Shown piece after piece: positions 21,001-30,682 of a stretch of 64,000 nt of DNA (the first letter of the stretch is position 1; every line of letters starts with the position of its first letter). Origin of the DNA: Candidatus Omnitrophota bacterium (lineage in GTDB: Bacteria; Omnitrophota; Gorgyraeia; Zapsychrales; Fredricksoniimonadaceae); contig JBGAJA010000003.1 in assembly GCA_044225175.1 (NCBI GenBank), forward strand, positions 133,428 to 197,427. The letters are read 5' to 3'. A model generated the notes under the pieces. The model ran no database searches. It worked only from the letters and a program-made list of their open reading frames with translations, and was not told where the DNA came from. The position numbers were made by a program, and so were the translations under genes.

Positions 21001-24000
21001 CCGTTGTTTTATTTGGAGATGGGAATTTTAGTGCAGCACTAAGGGCAGCTTTGGGAGATCAGAAATTATTAGATACATCCGGATATTTAAACTGGGGGGA
21101 GATGTATTTATTAAGGCATGCAGAGCCAGTTTCGATGCAAGCTTTGCTGAAGGCAACTTTACACGAAGAACAAATACAAACCTCGTTACATTCTATTGTG
21201 CAAGCACTTAGATCATTTCAATTATTTCTTACTGCAGAATACAAGAATGACAGAAATGTTGACGGTGTGACACATTTTTTGAATCAAGCCTTTAGTGTCA
21301 TTATGTCAATAAAAAATAATTATCTTCAGCATCGACAGTTCTCAGAAAAAGAGTTAAATCAAATTAGATCAACGCTCGAAGAGTTGGAAGAGTTTATGGC
21401 TTATTTTGATAAAGATGATTTTGAACTAGCTGCTTGGGCTGAAAAGGATATGCAACAGAATCAAACAAAACATGGACCAAGATATTGGTTGGCAAGGTTT
21501 ATCCAATTAGAAAATGTTAGAGGGAATTTTAGGAAAGAGTTTAATGCTTTAAACAACCTCTTTAAGGAAGAAGCTCGCCAGATTAATAGTCAGATTGGTC
21601 AAATTAATGCCATAAAAGATTCTCACAGTGATACGAAAGGGGAGTTACATCCTATAGTCCAATATCCTAGTAGTTCAGTTCAACCGATAGACTACATTAG
21701 TTTTCTTTTGGATTTAACTGAACAAATCGAAAAGAAAGAGACCCGCTTCCATGTCGTTGTTCCAGCCCCACAAAATGCCCAACAAGCCAAGATTTTAGAA
21801 CATAGTTTTTCTCTAGAGCAAAAACAAGCTCTTGCTAGAAGCCGTATTGTGGATCTTTATAGGCAAAGAAAGATAAGTAATATTGACGTTAAATTGGATG
21901 AGGTAATATTAACCTTCAATGAACCTATTATTTTTGATAAACGAGAAATGAAGTCTATTCATATGTATTGGCCTTCGTTGGGAGATAAGCATATTAGTAC
22001 TAAGCTTACAAGTAAGCAATACAGCTTATTATCAAATAAAGATGCTTTATTTGATGCAAAGGTTATGAGAACTGATTACCCCTCAGGGGTTGAAGGGGCG
22101 CTAAGCAGTTTACAAAGTATTTTAAATAATTTTATTGTTTTAGGTGTGATTGATCTTAAGGTCAATAATGCGACTGAACGTGTGCAGCTCTTAGACTCAA
22201 TCTTCTCTGTTGAAACATCTCAATATATCGACTGGGTTGTCACAGAAGAAGATTTGACTCGCGATAAATTATCCAGAATGGATTCAATGGCTGCTCTTCG
22301 TTTAACTAGATTAGTTAGACAAGAGGCGCTTTTAAAAACCCATAAAGATGAAGCTAAGAAGACTGTAAATCGTTTCTTTCAGAAGATAGGAATGAATGCC
22401 TATATTGTTGCTCCGGAACTATTAGAAGTTCTTGAGCATATTAAGAATGCTCCTTCTGCAGAGCGTTACCAAAGGGCTAAAGCCTATGTATTGCAACAAG
22501 TACGTGATCATTCTGATTCACAGTGGACTGTTTACTATAACAATCTCTTTTCAGATGAACTGACTCTGCAGGTTCGTGAAGAACTTGAGGGATTCTTTCA
22601 CATAATGAATAGTGCGACTTTAATTAACAGGGAAGATTTATTCGAATCTTCGGAAACGTTAAATAATAGAATTTATGAAACAGCATTGAAAGAAACTGGT
22701 CTTGAACTAAGTAAGAATGAGAGAGCTTCTTATAAAAGTTTGATGTCTTTGATCGAGAGTAATTTCTCTGATATTTATAGGATTCTAGAAGCACACAGTA
22801 TCTTCTCTAAAGAAGATTTATATTTTACTGATGTTTTTCTGTGGCCCGAACGCCTAAATCCTCAAGAGTTAAATCAATTAAATAATTTTTTTAAAGATTT
22901 ATATAAGAAAAAAAGTAATAGAACTGAGATTCTTTTGATGAATTCTGTTCTGAATGGTATGCGAAGTCGATTCTTAAAGCACATTAAGAGTGTTAGGGAG
23001 AGGATCTTTTCCCTGTATCAATATAAATTCGACATGGATGAACAGACGGAAGAATTTCAAAGATTTCTGAATTTAAAAGCGATGCAAAACAGATTGATTA
23101 CGGCTCAATGGTTAGGTCAAGACGTTGGATTGACACATATTCAAGATCAAGGTGTCACAGAAGTTAGCTTTAAAATTTCTATGCCTAATCTTCCCATAGA
23201 TGGGTTGGCCAATTTTATTAAAGATTTACCAGAGGCGACTCATAAACAAGTTAAAGAAATCTTAGCGAAAGAGACATTAGATCAGCTTGTTCCAATTAGA
23301 GGTTTTCCTAAGCTTGTTAGTTTAAGTAATGTAGAGAACTTTATGATTCAAGAGAACATAATTCTTCGAGTAGGGCCATGGGGATATAAGCTTACACCAG
23401 ATGGCATTATATTGCTTGATGAGAACAATCTTGAAATATCTACTGTGACAGATGAAGAAAATCTAAGATCATTCATTGTTAGAAGAGGACATGCAATAAT
23501 CTTCTATATTATTGAAAATATAGTGCAAGGAGACCCAGAAGCTTATAGGGTGGCAGATATTCCTTTCATTCAGAAGGTAATCTTTAAATCGGATGAAGTA
23601 ATTGTAAATGATGCGGATGAGAATGTGGCTATTAACCGTCAAACACAGGGCCTAAGTGGACATACAGTGGAGCATACAGACCCTCCGTCAGCTATTGTTG
23701 CTTTAAAGATAAGAAAACATAGTGACGCTCAAGCTGGTTTTGCTTTTGCACATGCTTCTTTAAATGGAGGCTTTGAGCCTGTTGTTAAAATTCCGAACAT
23801 AGATGAAGTTCTTGGCAATTCTAAATGGGAAATTAAAAAGAAATCAAACCAAGCTATGCTGGTGAGTTCTTTAGATAAAATTATGATCCGATCACCTCTA
23901 GATATTTTCTTAGAATCTTCCTTTGGAGCTAAATATTCAAGTCAGCAAGATGTTTTCCAAATTTTCCAAAAAGTTATTAACGATACAGAGATGAATCATG

Positions 24001-25004
24001 TGAAAAGTGTTGCTGTCGCGCTTTTTTATATCAGAAATGAACAAGCCCTTACCATCTCTCGAGGACGTGACAAAGTTTTTTACGATATGTATTTGTCTGG
24101 TAAGCCTGAAGAGTTTATTGAGTTGATCATGGCCATGATTAGATTTGCTCGTAAAGCCAATAGCAAAGACAGGGAGGCTCTAGAGGCTCGTATGTTTTTG
24201 TTAAGATTAGGAGAAATTAAATTTGATTATGATCGTAGGACCCTGTCTAATTTTGAAGAAGTCAATGACCCATTTGAGCGTTATCATCGTTTTATTGCTA
24301 GAATTCGTAAACCTGTATTTGTTATTGCATCCGACGAGAATCCTGCAAGATATATGAAGTATTTGCACCAAGGTAGATTTATTTTTGCAGGCCTATCCTA
24401 TTTAGCCGAAGGTTATGTGAACGGCGCTAGAGCATTACATGACGTACCTAATCAAAATGTTACAGTCATTCATGAGGTGGCCAGTCAACATGGTCTTGTG
24501 ACCCGTGAGTTCCGTGATTTTTATGAAGAATCTGGATTGCTTCGCCTCGTTGATATTGATCAATTGAACGGCGGCTTGTCTGATGCTATCTATTCTCTGC
24601 TCCTGAAAAGGACTGTTCCTGGAGGAAAAATTGTTTTTGAATATTCTTTAACAAATCAGAATAGAGTACAGAGGCCACGAGGATTAGATCAACTTAAGCG
24701 TCTTATTGCTGATGCAGGTGAACTATGGGAAGAAAGCAGCTTTATTCGTCCGCATCATCGGAATTCCAAAGTTCAAGTCCAGGTATTTGAGTTTACAAAA
24801 GATAAGGCTATGTCATCTAATCCAGGAGGGATTGATCTTGATGCGGCTATGCTTGATCTTCAAATCCAAAGAGATGAAAAAGGCATTCCTTTACCACTTT
24901 CTCAGCAGCCTATCGGAGACATGAAGGTGGATGGATTCGTTCCTATCATTACCAGGGTTTTTAACGTGGATGATCTTCCTAAATACATAGGCATGTCGAA
25001 TTAA
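18006..25004 (+). CDS. giant (2332 aa) secreted protein with embedded histidine phosphatase (PGAM-like) domain; candidate effector/surface protein
   Basis: Signal peptide; LWFIRHGSTEGEEFNRLNKKGKEQA...VLTSPLERDQETA (RHG His-phosphatase signature) around aa 880-960; rest without recognisable domains. Confidence 0.7.
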   Translation: MYHWNFKIVKRRLISLVLVLSFGLSAVFPGSALGIEPQVLNLPVSGTMVTSTPAFQPILLKGMTLHPENPLQFDFIVDVGDQKIRGQQLRQESSKLIKYFLAALTVPEKEMWVNLSPYEKDRIIPESFGLTEMGRDLLAQDYILKQLTASLIYPEKDLGKAFWSQVYKKLQEQYGTTDIPINTFNKVWIVPDKASVMEYNSSVFVKESHLKVMLEEDYLSLQKNHASTTNQIGSKIIRNLILPEIEKEVNEGQNFSNLRQIYNSMILATWYKIRLKESLLGKLYVDQNKVKGIDLKDTQVKQKIYEQYLKSFKKGVYNYIKEEQDPITEKMIPRKYFSGGFEAQSLPGIVRQNSEILPTRAAMFSAIQRKDLAQMTQGRFTIVQAILGEVKDKAMTIQGNVINGLRLERKQEDAQTISMIDQWIQKLNEDSKDIRLEDLRNSLSVLLWDLLGSEDELWQTNSIGDSIASLKIKELLRVLQEFWNKNPSLKRERFEGTVQVFLDVIEKKFNALNVPRLYVFHQLLWQDNPNIGARLILKTIRHILGHYIILGKNGIDSSTSYSHILVDLLYLNQQLKIADKELSSNTHGPKTLVSLLKERLFSYSSPASLFSDSQAAEIIFGLILVNPQYALENFTDPQMLLEVTRMFCEHPEKVALRIHTGIRTYLSTYVKWLSRSNVDKIQINKKIIDSFGPLRGNDGEFYATDWVWDFSSNHNDQLIRDFQRSLFQSPFNVLNRYKMLMDSVISQFDTDQLNDLNFYSLKKDDHVIMKVRLSDGTDQDVLFVVKDNNSELGMINLIALDGVWEASLHLSRQSQDQVVNRVRYDWVYGSIGSKVNALMKAKPKGKITISHTNAAMIAEFEGKILLDPESGRIRYGTTGPISELKSDLWFIRHGSTEGEEFNRLNKKGKEQAEYAASQLFNLLRDKIKSEKEIVVLTSPLERDQETAQFFVDLVKLKLNKDLKIVIDTGVNEAGENFLDWIAKAKDWIETINEKYSKDTVVLFGDGNFSAALRAALGDQKLLDTSGYLNWGEMYLLRHAEPVSMQALLKATLHEEQIQTSLHSIVQALRSFQLFLTAEYKNDRNVDGVTHFLNQAFSVIMSIKNNYLQHRQFSEKELNQIRSTLEELEEFMAYFDKDDFELAAWAEKDMQQNQTKHGPRYWLARFIQLENVRGNFRKEFNALNNLFKEEARQINSQIGQINAIKDSHSDTKGELHPIVQYPSSSVQPIDYISFLLDLTEQIEKKETRFHVVVPAPQNAQQAKILEHSFSLEQKQALARSRIVDLYRQRKISNIDVKLDEVILTFNEPIIFDKREMKSIHMYWPSLGDKHISTKLTSKQYSLLSNKDALFDAKVMRTDYPSGVEGALSSLQSILNNFIVLGVIDLKVNNATERVQLLDSIFSVETSQYIDWVVTEEDLTRDKLSRMDSMAALRLTRLVRQEALLKTHKDEAKKTVNRFFQKIGMNAYIVAPELLEVLEHIKNAPSAERYQRAKAYVLQQVRDHSDSQWTVYYNNLFSDELTLQVREELEGFFHIMNSATLINREDLFESSETLNNRIYETALKETGLELSKNERASYKSLMSLIESNFSDIYRILEAHSIFSKEDLYFTDVFLWPERLNPQELNQLNNFFKDLYKKKSNRTEILLMNSVLNGMRSRFLKHIKSVRERIFSLYQYKFDMDEQTEEFQRFLNLKAMQNRLITAQWLGQDVGLTHIQDQGVTEVSFKISMPNLPIDGLANFIKDLPEATHKQVKEILAKETLDQLVPIRGFPKLVSLSNVENFMIQENIILRVGPWGYKLTPDGIILLDENNLEISTVTDEENLRSFIVRRGHAIIFYIIENIVQGDPEAYRVADIPFIQKVIFKSDEVIVNDADENVAINRQTQGLSGHTVEHTDPPSAIVALKIRKHSDAQAGFAFAHASLNGGFEPVVKIPNIDEVLGNSKWEIKKKSNQAMLVSSLDKIMIRSPLDIFLESSFGAKYSSQQDVFQIFQKVINDTEMNHVKSVAVALFYIRNEQALTISRGRDKVFYDMYLSGKPEEFIELIMAMIRFARKANSKDREALEARMFLLRLGEIKFDYDRRTLSNFEEVNDPFERYHRFIARIRKPVFVIASDENPARYMKYLHQGRFIFAGLSYLAEGYVNGARALHDVPNQNVTVIHEVASQHGLVTREFRDFYEESGLLRLVDIDQLNGGLSDAIYSLLLKRTVPGGKIVFEYSLTNQNRVQRPRGLDQLKRLIADAGELWEESSFIRPHHRNSKVQVQVFEFTKDKAMSSNPGGIDLDAAMLDLQIQRDEKGIPLPLSQQPIGDMKVDGFVPIITRVFNVDDLPKYIGMSN

Positions 25005-25777
25005 ATCCCCAACGCATGGAGTTTTTCGAGGAGAAATCCTTGATTAAAGCGGCCGATGTAGAGATCTGACCCTGCTTGTTTGCAGAGATTCATTGCGTCT
25101 TCAACGGATTGAACGGCATCCACATCGATTCCTAAATCTTCCGGAAAGTAAGCATATGTGATGATCTTTGTACTGCCTAAGATGGTAAAGCATTTGAGGG
25201 CTTTAATTAATTCAGGGGCAGAGACATTGTCTTGGAATAAGACATCCATAATAATTGCATGAGGTTTCATAGTTAATGCTTTGGAGATAACTTCTTCGGA
25301 AGTATAGGCGGTCACGACTAAATATTTCATTCCTTTGAGGGCATGATTAATCTGGTCTAATACAAGGCGGTGTTTACCGCTGACTAAGATTTTTGGAAAT
25401 TTTTTTGCTTCCTCCACATTCTTTTGAATGGTGGTAATTTTATCTAAAAGGACATTGATGTCGGTTGTCTTTTCAACGAAGTTCGAAACTCCCAAACTGG
25501 TGAAGGATTCTTTGAAAATAGCCTTGTCCGTGACAATGATGATAGGAAGATCAGCTGTTTTAGGGTCTTTTTTAACGGCTTCATAGAGGTCAACGCCATC
25601 CATTTTAGGCATGACAACATCTGTGATAATAAGATCGATGGCTTGAGAAGAGAGAATTTTAAGTGCTTCAATTCCATTACCAGCAGTATGGACCCAGTAA
25701 CCCTTGGATTCTAATTGCTTTCGTACAACTAATGCTGTACCGCGATCATCTTCAGCTAGGAGGATATTTTTAATCAT
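25001..25777 (-). CDS. orphan response regulator with tandem receiver (REC-REC) domains, no output domain
   Basis: ILLAEDDRGTALVV...DLIITDVVMPKMDGVDL receiver, followed by a degenerate second receiver. Its stop overlaps the giant gene stop in a shared TTAA. Confidence 0.7.
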   Translation of the reverse strand: MIKNILLAEDDRGTALVVRKQLESKGYWVHTAGNGIEALKILSSQAIDLIITDVVMPKMDGVDLYEAVKKDPKTADLPIIIVTDKAIFKESFTSLGVSNFVEKTTDINVLLDKITTIQKNVEEAKKFPKILVSGKHRLVLDQINHALKGMKYLVVTAYTSEEVISKALTMKPHAIIMDVLFQDNVSAPELIKALKCFTILGSTKIITYAYFPEDLGIDVDAVQSVEDAMNLCKQAGSDLYIGRFNQGFLLEKLHALGI

Positions 25778-25873
25778 AGAGTTATTATAGCTTAAAATAA
25801 ATCCAGATCACGTTTTAAGTATCCTTTAACCTTTCTGATAGTTAAATAACTCCAAATATGGTAAACTTGCGCT

Positions 25874-27109
25874 ATGTTTTTTTCGTCGTTGGGGTTATCT
25901 AAAGATTTGCTGCAGGCCATTCAATACGCTGGATATGAAAAGCCAACCGCCGTTCAAGAAAAGTCTATTCCGCTCATCTTAAAAGGACAGGACATCATTG
26001 CTCAGGCCCAAACAGGTACTGGTAAAACAGCTGCCTTTGCTTTGCCTATATTGCAGCGTTTACAAGATTTCTCTGCGGAGCCAAGAAAAACACTGAAATG
26101 TCTTGTGTTAACACCCACCAGAGAATTATCTTTGCAAGTTTCCAGTGAGTTTAAGGACTATGGAAGGCAGCTCACTAAGCCTCTTAAGATCATTACGTTG
26201 GTTGGAGGCATGAATATTGATTTGCAGATTAGAGGTTTGCATCATGGTGCAGATATTGCTGTTGCAACGCCCGGCCGATTGTTAGATTTGGTGAAACGTA
26301 ATGAGATTGTATTAAACACGATCAAGATTTTAGTGATTGATGAAGCAGACAAGATGTTTGATCTGGGATTCTCAGATGAGTTAGTAGCGATCTTAAATGT
26401 GTTGCCAACTAAAAGACAGAATTTATTGTTTTCAGCTACGATGGATGAGAAAGTTTCTGTTTTAGCTCATCAGTTTATGAAAACACCGGCTCAATTGAGA
26501 GTAGAAACAGATACGCCTACCGCAGAGCGCATTGAACAAAGAGTGATTGAAGTCAATAGAACCAATCGTGGACCATTGCTAAGGCATCTGATTCAAAGTG
26601 AGAAATGGGATCATACATTGATTTTTGTTGCAACTGTAAGAGGTGCTGATATTCTGGCCACCAAGCTTAGAGCTGCTGGGATTGAAGCTGACTCATTTCA
26701 TGGTGGGATGACACAAGCCCAGAGAGTTCAAGCACTAAGTGATTTTAAGTCGAGGAAGATTCGAGTTCTAGTGGCAACCGATATTGCGGCGCGAGGGTTA
26801 GATATCAATAAGCTCTCGTATGTCATTAATTATGATTTACCCAGATCAACAGATGATTATATTCATCGGGTCGGACGAACAGCCAGGGCAGGAGAAAAGG
26901 GAGTTGCGATTTCGTTTATTGGTCATGAAGATCAAAAGCATTTTGATTTGATTGAAAAAAGAACTCGTATTCGAGTCCCTCGAGAAAGTATCAAAGGTTT
27001 TGAGTTAATAGGAGAACCGCTGTCTCCTGGTAAAGGACCAGCTCCCATCAAGGGAAAACGAATGAGCAAGAAGGACAAAGCCCGCGCATTGGCTTTAAAG
27101 CAAGGATAA
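25874..27109 (+). CDS. DEAD-box ATP-dependent RNA helicase
   Basis: AQTGTGKTAAF, DEAD, SAT, HRVGRTARAG motifs. Confidence 0.9.
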   Translation: MFFSSLGLSKDLLQAIQYAGYEKPTAVQEKSIPLILKGQDIIAQAQTGTGKTAAFALPILQRLQDFSAEPRKTLKCLVLTPTRELSLQVSSEFKDYGRQLTKPLKIITLVGGMNIDLQIRGLHHGADIAVATPGRLLDLVKRNEIVLNTIKILVIDEADKMFDLGFSDELVAILNVLPTKRQNLLFSATMDEKVSVLAHQFMKTPAQLRVETDTPTAERIEQRVIEVNRTNRGPLLRHLIQSEKWDHTLIFVATVRGADILATKLRAAGIEADSFHGGMTQAQRVQALSDFKSRKIRVLVATDIAARGLDINKLSYVINYDLPRSTDDYIHRVGRTARAGEKGVAISFIGHEDQKHFDLIEKRTRIRVPRESIKGFELIGEPLSPGKGPAPIKGKRMSKKDKARALALKQG

Positions 27110-27112
27110 CCA

Positions 27113-28498
27113 GTGAGTATAACTAAAGAATTTAAAAGTTTAGGATTTAATGAAGACATTTTGGCGAATTTAAAATCGTTAAAATATTTAGAAATGACCC
27201 CTATTCAAGAACAAGCTTTGCCTTTCATATTAGAGGGAAAAGATGTTATCGGTCAGGCGAATACTGGTAGCGGAAAAACTGCAGCCTTTGCACTGGGTAT
27301 GTTAGCAAAATTAGATGTAAAGAATCAGCAGCCCCAGGCATTGATTTTGTGTCCGACTAGAGAATTAGGTGAGCAAGTTTGTCTGGAAGTCAGACGTTTA
27401 GCCAGATTTGCCAATAATATTAAAGTTTTGGCTTTATGTGGAGGAACCGAAGAACGTCATAAAACAAAATCTTTAGAACATGGAGCCCATATCATTGTTG
27501 GTACCCCAGGACGCATTAAGAAATTGTTAGAGAAGAAAGAGCTCAATCTGAATTCTTTAAAGACATTAGTGCTAGATGAAGCGGATCGTATGTTAGAGCT
27601 CGGTTTCATTGATGACATTAATGCCATTGCAGCTTTCACCCCTATCAATCGACAAACACTATTATTTTCTGCTACATTTCCTCATGGAATTAAAAAATTG
27701 AGCGCTTCTTTGCAAGAAGAACCAGCTCAAGTCACTGTCGACTCTCAGCACGAACAAAGCACAGTCGAGCAACTTTTCTTTAATGTTCAAAATGACGAAC
27801 TTAAAGATGAAGCATTGCTTTTAATTCTTAGACACTTTAAACCTGAATCTGCGATTGTCTTTTGCAATAGCCGAGTAGCCTGCACTAAGGTTTCCAATAT
27901 TTTAAGAAAACAAAAAATCAATAACATGGAAATTCACTCTGATCTTGAACAGAAAGATCGCACACTGGTATTAACTAAGTTTGCCAATAAAAGCTGCTGC
28001 GTGCTCGTTGCAACAGACTTAGCTTCTCGAGGATTAGATATTAAGGATGTGGCAGCTGTCGTCAATTATGATTTACCATCTGATCATGAGCTCTATGTTC
28101 ATCGTATTGGGCGTACAGGAAGGATTGGTAAAAAGGGAAGGTCTTTGAGTTTATTTACGGGCAAAGATCAAATGTTCCTTGAAAATTTGACGAAGTATTT
28201 AAAAGTTCCGACTGTGACGGTTGACTTAGAAACTCTTAAGGGTAAGAAAACTTATACACTGACACCTTCTATGACAACTATTTATGTCAGCGGAGGAAGA
28301 AAAGATAATCTTCGTCCAGGAGATATTTTAGGTGCTTTAACTAAAGATGCAGGATTAAGTGCAAAAGATGTAGGAAATATTAACATATTTGAAGTAAACA
28401 GTTATGTGGCAATATCTTCAGGTTCTGTTGATCGTGCCATTGAACATTTGAATGCTTCGAAAATTAAAGGGCGAAAATTTCGCGTTGGAAAAGCCTAA
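27113..28498 (+). CDS. dbpA: DEAD-box RNA helicase with DbpA-type C-terminal RNA-binding domain (GTG start)
   Basis: ANTGSGKTAAF, DEAD, SAT, HRIGRTGRIG; C-terminal DbpA RBD segment TIYVSGGRKDNLRPGDILGAL. Confidence 0.8.
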   Translation: MSITKEFKSLGFNEDILANLKSLKYLEMTPIQEQALPFILEGKDVIGQANTGSGKTAAFALGMLAKLDVKNQQPQALILCPTRELGEQVCLEVRRLARFANNIKVLALCGGTEERHKTKSLEHGAHIIVGTPGRIKKLLEKKELNLNSLKTLVLDEADRMLELGFIDDINAIAAFTPINRQTLLFSATFPHGIKKLSASLQEEPAQVTVDSQHEQSTVEQLFFNVQNDELKDEALLLILRHFKPESAIVFCNSRVACTKVSNILRKQKINNMEIHSDLEQKDRTLVLTKFANKSCCVLVATDLASRGLDIKDVAAVVNYDLPSDHELYVHRIGRTGRIGKKGRSLSLFTGKDQMFLENLTKYLKVPTVTVDLETLKGKKTYTLTPSMTTIYVSGGRKDNLRPGDILGALTKDAGLSAKDVGNINIFEVNSYVAISSGSVDRAIEHLNASKIKGRKFRVGKA

Positions 28499-28518
28499 AG
28501 AAAAAACAGGAGAGAGTG

Positions 28519-29214
28519 ATGAATAATATTTTTGTGGGAAATTTGTCCTTTGATGCGACCAAGGAGAATGTCAGAAAGCTTTTTGAAGAATATGGAACAG
28601 TGGCTGGTGTTTCATTGGTTGAAAAAAGAAAAGGAAAATCGAGAGGTTTTGCTTTTGTGGATATGCCAGATGAGGATCAAAAGAATAAAGCCATTAGTTC
28701 GTTAGAAGGCAAAGAGTTTATGGGCCGTCCATTGATTGTGAATCCCATGCGTCCTAAGGTCCCTTCAGCTAAGAAATTCTTTAAAAGCAAAAAGCCTTGG
28801 AATGGTGAGCAGCGAGAAGAGAGAGCTCCTAGAGGTCCTCGCAGAGATGATCGTGGTGCCAAACCATATCGAAGTGATGATAGACCATCTAAACCATATA
28901 GTAAGCCTCAAGGTGAGTATAAATCGTATGGTTCTACTTCTAAACCTTATCGTAGAGACGATCGTGATTCAAAGCCATCTAGCGGATCTAAACCGGCTTA
29001 TAAAAGCCGTGACGATCGTGATGCTAGGCAAGACAATTTTAAACACCTTCAAGACTCTAAACCTTGGGGTAAAAGCAAAAGAGCTTCCCAGGCATCCTAT
29101 TCTGGTGAGAAGAAATCTTCTGATAAGAAAGAAGGTTTCTCTAAATTTTCTGGCAAGCCTAAGGCAAATTTAAAAAGTGGATATGGGACGAAATCATGGC
29201 CCAAAAAATTCTAA
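28519..29214 (+). CDS. RRM-domain RNA-binding protein with long basic KPY/RDD-repeat tail
   Basis: RNP2 IFVGNL, RNP1 RGFAFVDM; tail KPYRSDDRPSKPYSKP...KPYRRDDRDSKP. Confidence 0.8.
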   Translation: MNNIFVGNLSFDATKENVRKLFEEYGTVAGVSLVEKRKGKSRGFAFVDMPDEDQKNKAISSLEGKEFMGRPLIVNPMRPKVPSAKKFFKSKKPWNGEQREERAPRGPRRDDRGAKPYRSDDRPSKPYSKPQGEYKSYGSTSKPYRRDDRDSKPSSGSKPAYKSRDDRDARQDNFKHLQDSKPWGKSKRASQASYSGEKKSSDKKEGFSKFSGKPKANLKSGYGTKSWPKKF

Positions 29215-29235
29215 TTTAATCTTCTGGAGGAAAAA

Positions 29236-30555
29236 ATGATTCTTGGTTTTGTAATAGTAGGCTTAATGTTGGTGATTAATGCTTTTTTTGCCGCTTATGA
29301 AATGGCTTTAGCGACTATAACGAGAGGCAAGATCATGGCACTTATCCATTTGAATAAAAAGGGAGCTAAAGAAACCCTTTTTATGAAGGATAGGATGGAG
29401 GGTTCTTTGGCTGTTGTCCAACTTGGTGTTACATTAGCTGGAGCCATTGCTGCGGCGATTGGAGGGCTTGGGGTGGATGAACACTTGTCTCCGTGGCTTC
29501 TTAATCAATGGCATTTATCTGAATTTATGGCTGATTTAGTTTCACTAACATTTTTGATTGTTCCATTGACGTGTTTAACAATCATCTTTGCTGAACTTAT
29601 TCCTAAAACATATGCATTAACTCATCATGAACGGGTATGCTTGATATTGTCTCCCTATATGAAGGTTTTAAGTGTCTGGGCTTATCCCGTCATTAGCATC
29701 TTAGAAAATATTGTTAAAAAGAGTATTAGCTTAGTCAATCGAGGAGCTCCAACTCTTCCGTCTTCCTCTGATGCAGGATTACATGAATTAAATGCTGCGG
29801 TGGCAATGGCCAGGACTTCTAGGCTTGTAGGGGCCAGTCAAGAAAAGATCCTTCTATCTGCTGCTCAACTTTCCGTACGTAGCGTCAAAGAAATCATGCT
29901 GCCGATAGCAGAAGTGAGTACTATTCCATTAAGCTGTTCTTTATCCGAAGCGCTCATTCGTGCTCATCAAGATATGCATACACGTTTTCCTGTATGTACT
30001 GTGGAGGGTGATGTTCAAACTATTCAAGGGTACATTAATTTTAAAGACATTATTGCCGGCCTCAAGTTGAATCCTAATGATCCAAGCATTAAAGGAATCG
30101 TTCGTTTGATTAAAAGAGTCCCTTCATCAACGCTTCTTTCGAATGTACTTGAGCAAATGATTGGAGAGAAGTTGCACATTGCTCTTGTCGTTTCTAAAGA
30201 AGGATTGGTTGTTGGAATGGTGACGCTGGAAGATATTATAGAAGAGCTAGTTGGTGAGATTGAAGATGAGTTTGACCGTATCCCGGCTTATGTTCATACT
30301 TATGGTTCTTCCGGTTGGCTGATGGGTGGAGGGATTACAATGGCAACTTTTGCTCAGGCGATCGCTCAAGATTTGAATTTGACAGCCGACGAAGAAAAAT
30401 TAAAATTGGCTGATTGGTTTTCTTCCAAGATTCAAAAACCTCTAGAGGGCGGTGAGATGGTGAAAATCAATAATCTGTTGATTATGGCCCGTAAACTTAG
30501 GCGCAACAAACTAGCAGAAGCTTCTGTTATCTTGGATAAGATAAATTCGGTTTAG
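29236..30555 (+). CDS. HlyC/CorC (CNNM) family transporter: DUF21 + CBS pair + CorC_HlyC domain
   Basis: N-terminal 4-TM DUF21, CBS segments, C-terminal transporter-associated domain. Confidence 0.75.
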   Translation: MILGFVIVGLMLVINAFFAAYEMALATITRGKIMALIHLNKKGAKETLFMKDRMEGSLAVVQLGVTLAGAIAAAIGGLGVDEHLSPWLLNQWHLSEFMADLVSLTFLIVPLTCLTIIFAELIPKTYALTHHERVCLILSPYMKVLSVWAYPVISILENIVKKSISLVNRGAPTLPSSSDAGLHELNAAVAMARTSRLVGASQEKILLSAAQLSVRSVKEIMLPIAEVSTIPLSCSLSEALIRAHQDMHTRFPVCTVEGDVQTIQGYINFKDIIAGLKLNPNDPSIKGIVRLIKRVPSSTLLSNVLEQMIGEKLHIALVVSKEGLVVGMVTLEDIIEELVGEIEDEFDRIPAYVHTYGSSGWLMGGGITMATFAQAIAQDLNLTADEEKLKLADWFSSKIQKPLEGGEMVKINNLLIMARKLRRNKLAEASVILDKINSV

Positions 30556-30682
30556 ATTCTAATTTACCCCTTTAAATCTCTTTGTTGCTTTTTTAAATCT
30601 CATTTGATAAAGTGTCACAAGAAATTTTTACTTTGTTTTTTACTTAATATTCAAATTAAGATTTAAAAAATAGGAGTAAAGA

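Noticed and set aside
18006-25004. Rhs/polymorphic-toxin or RTX-type repeat protein
   Set aside because: No YD, RHS, or GGxGxD nonapeptide repeats; no obvious internal periodicity.
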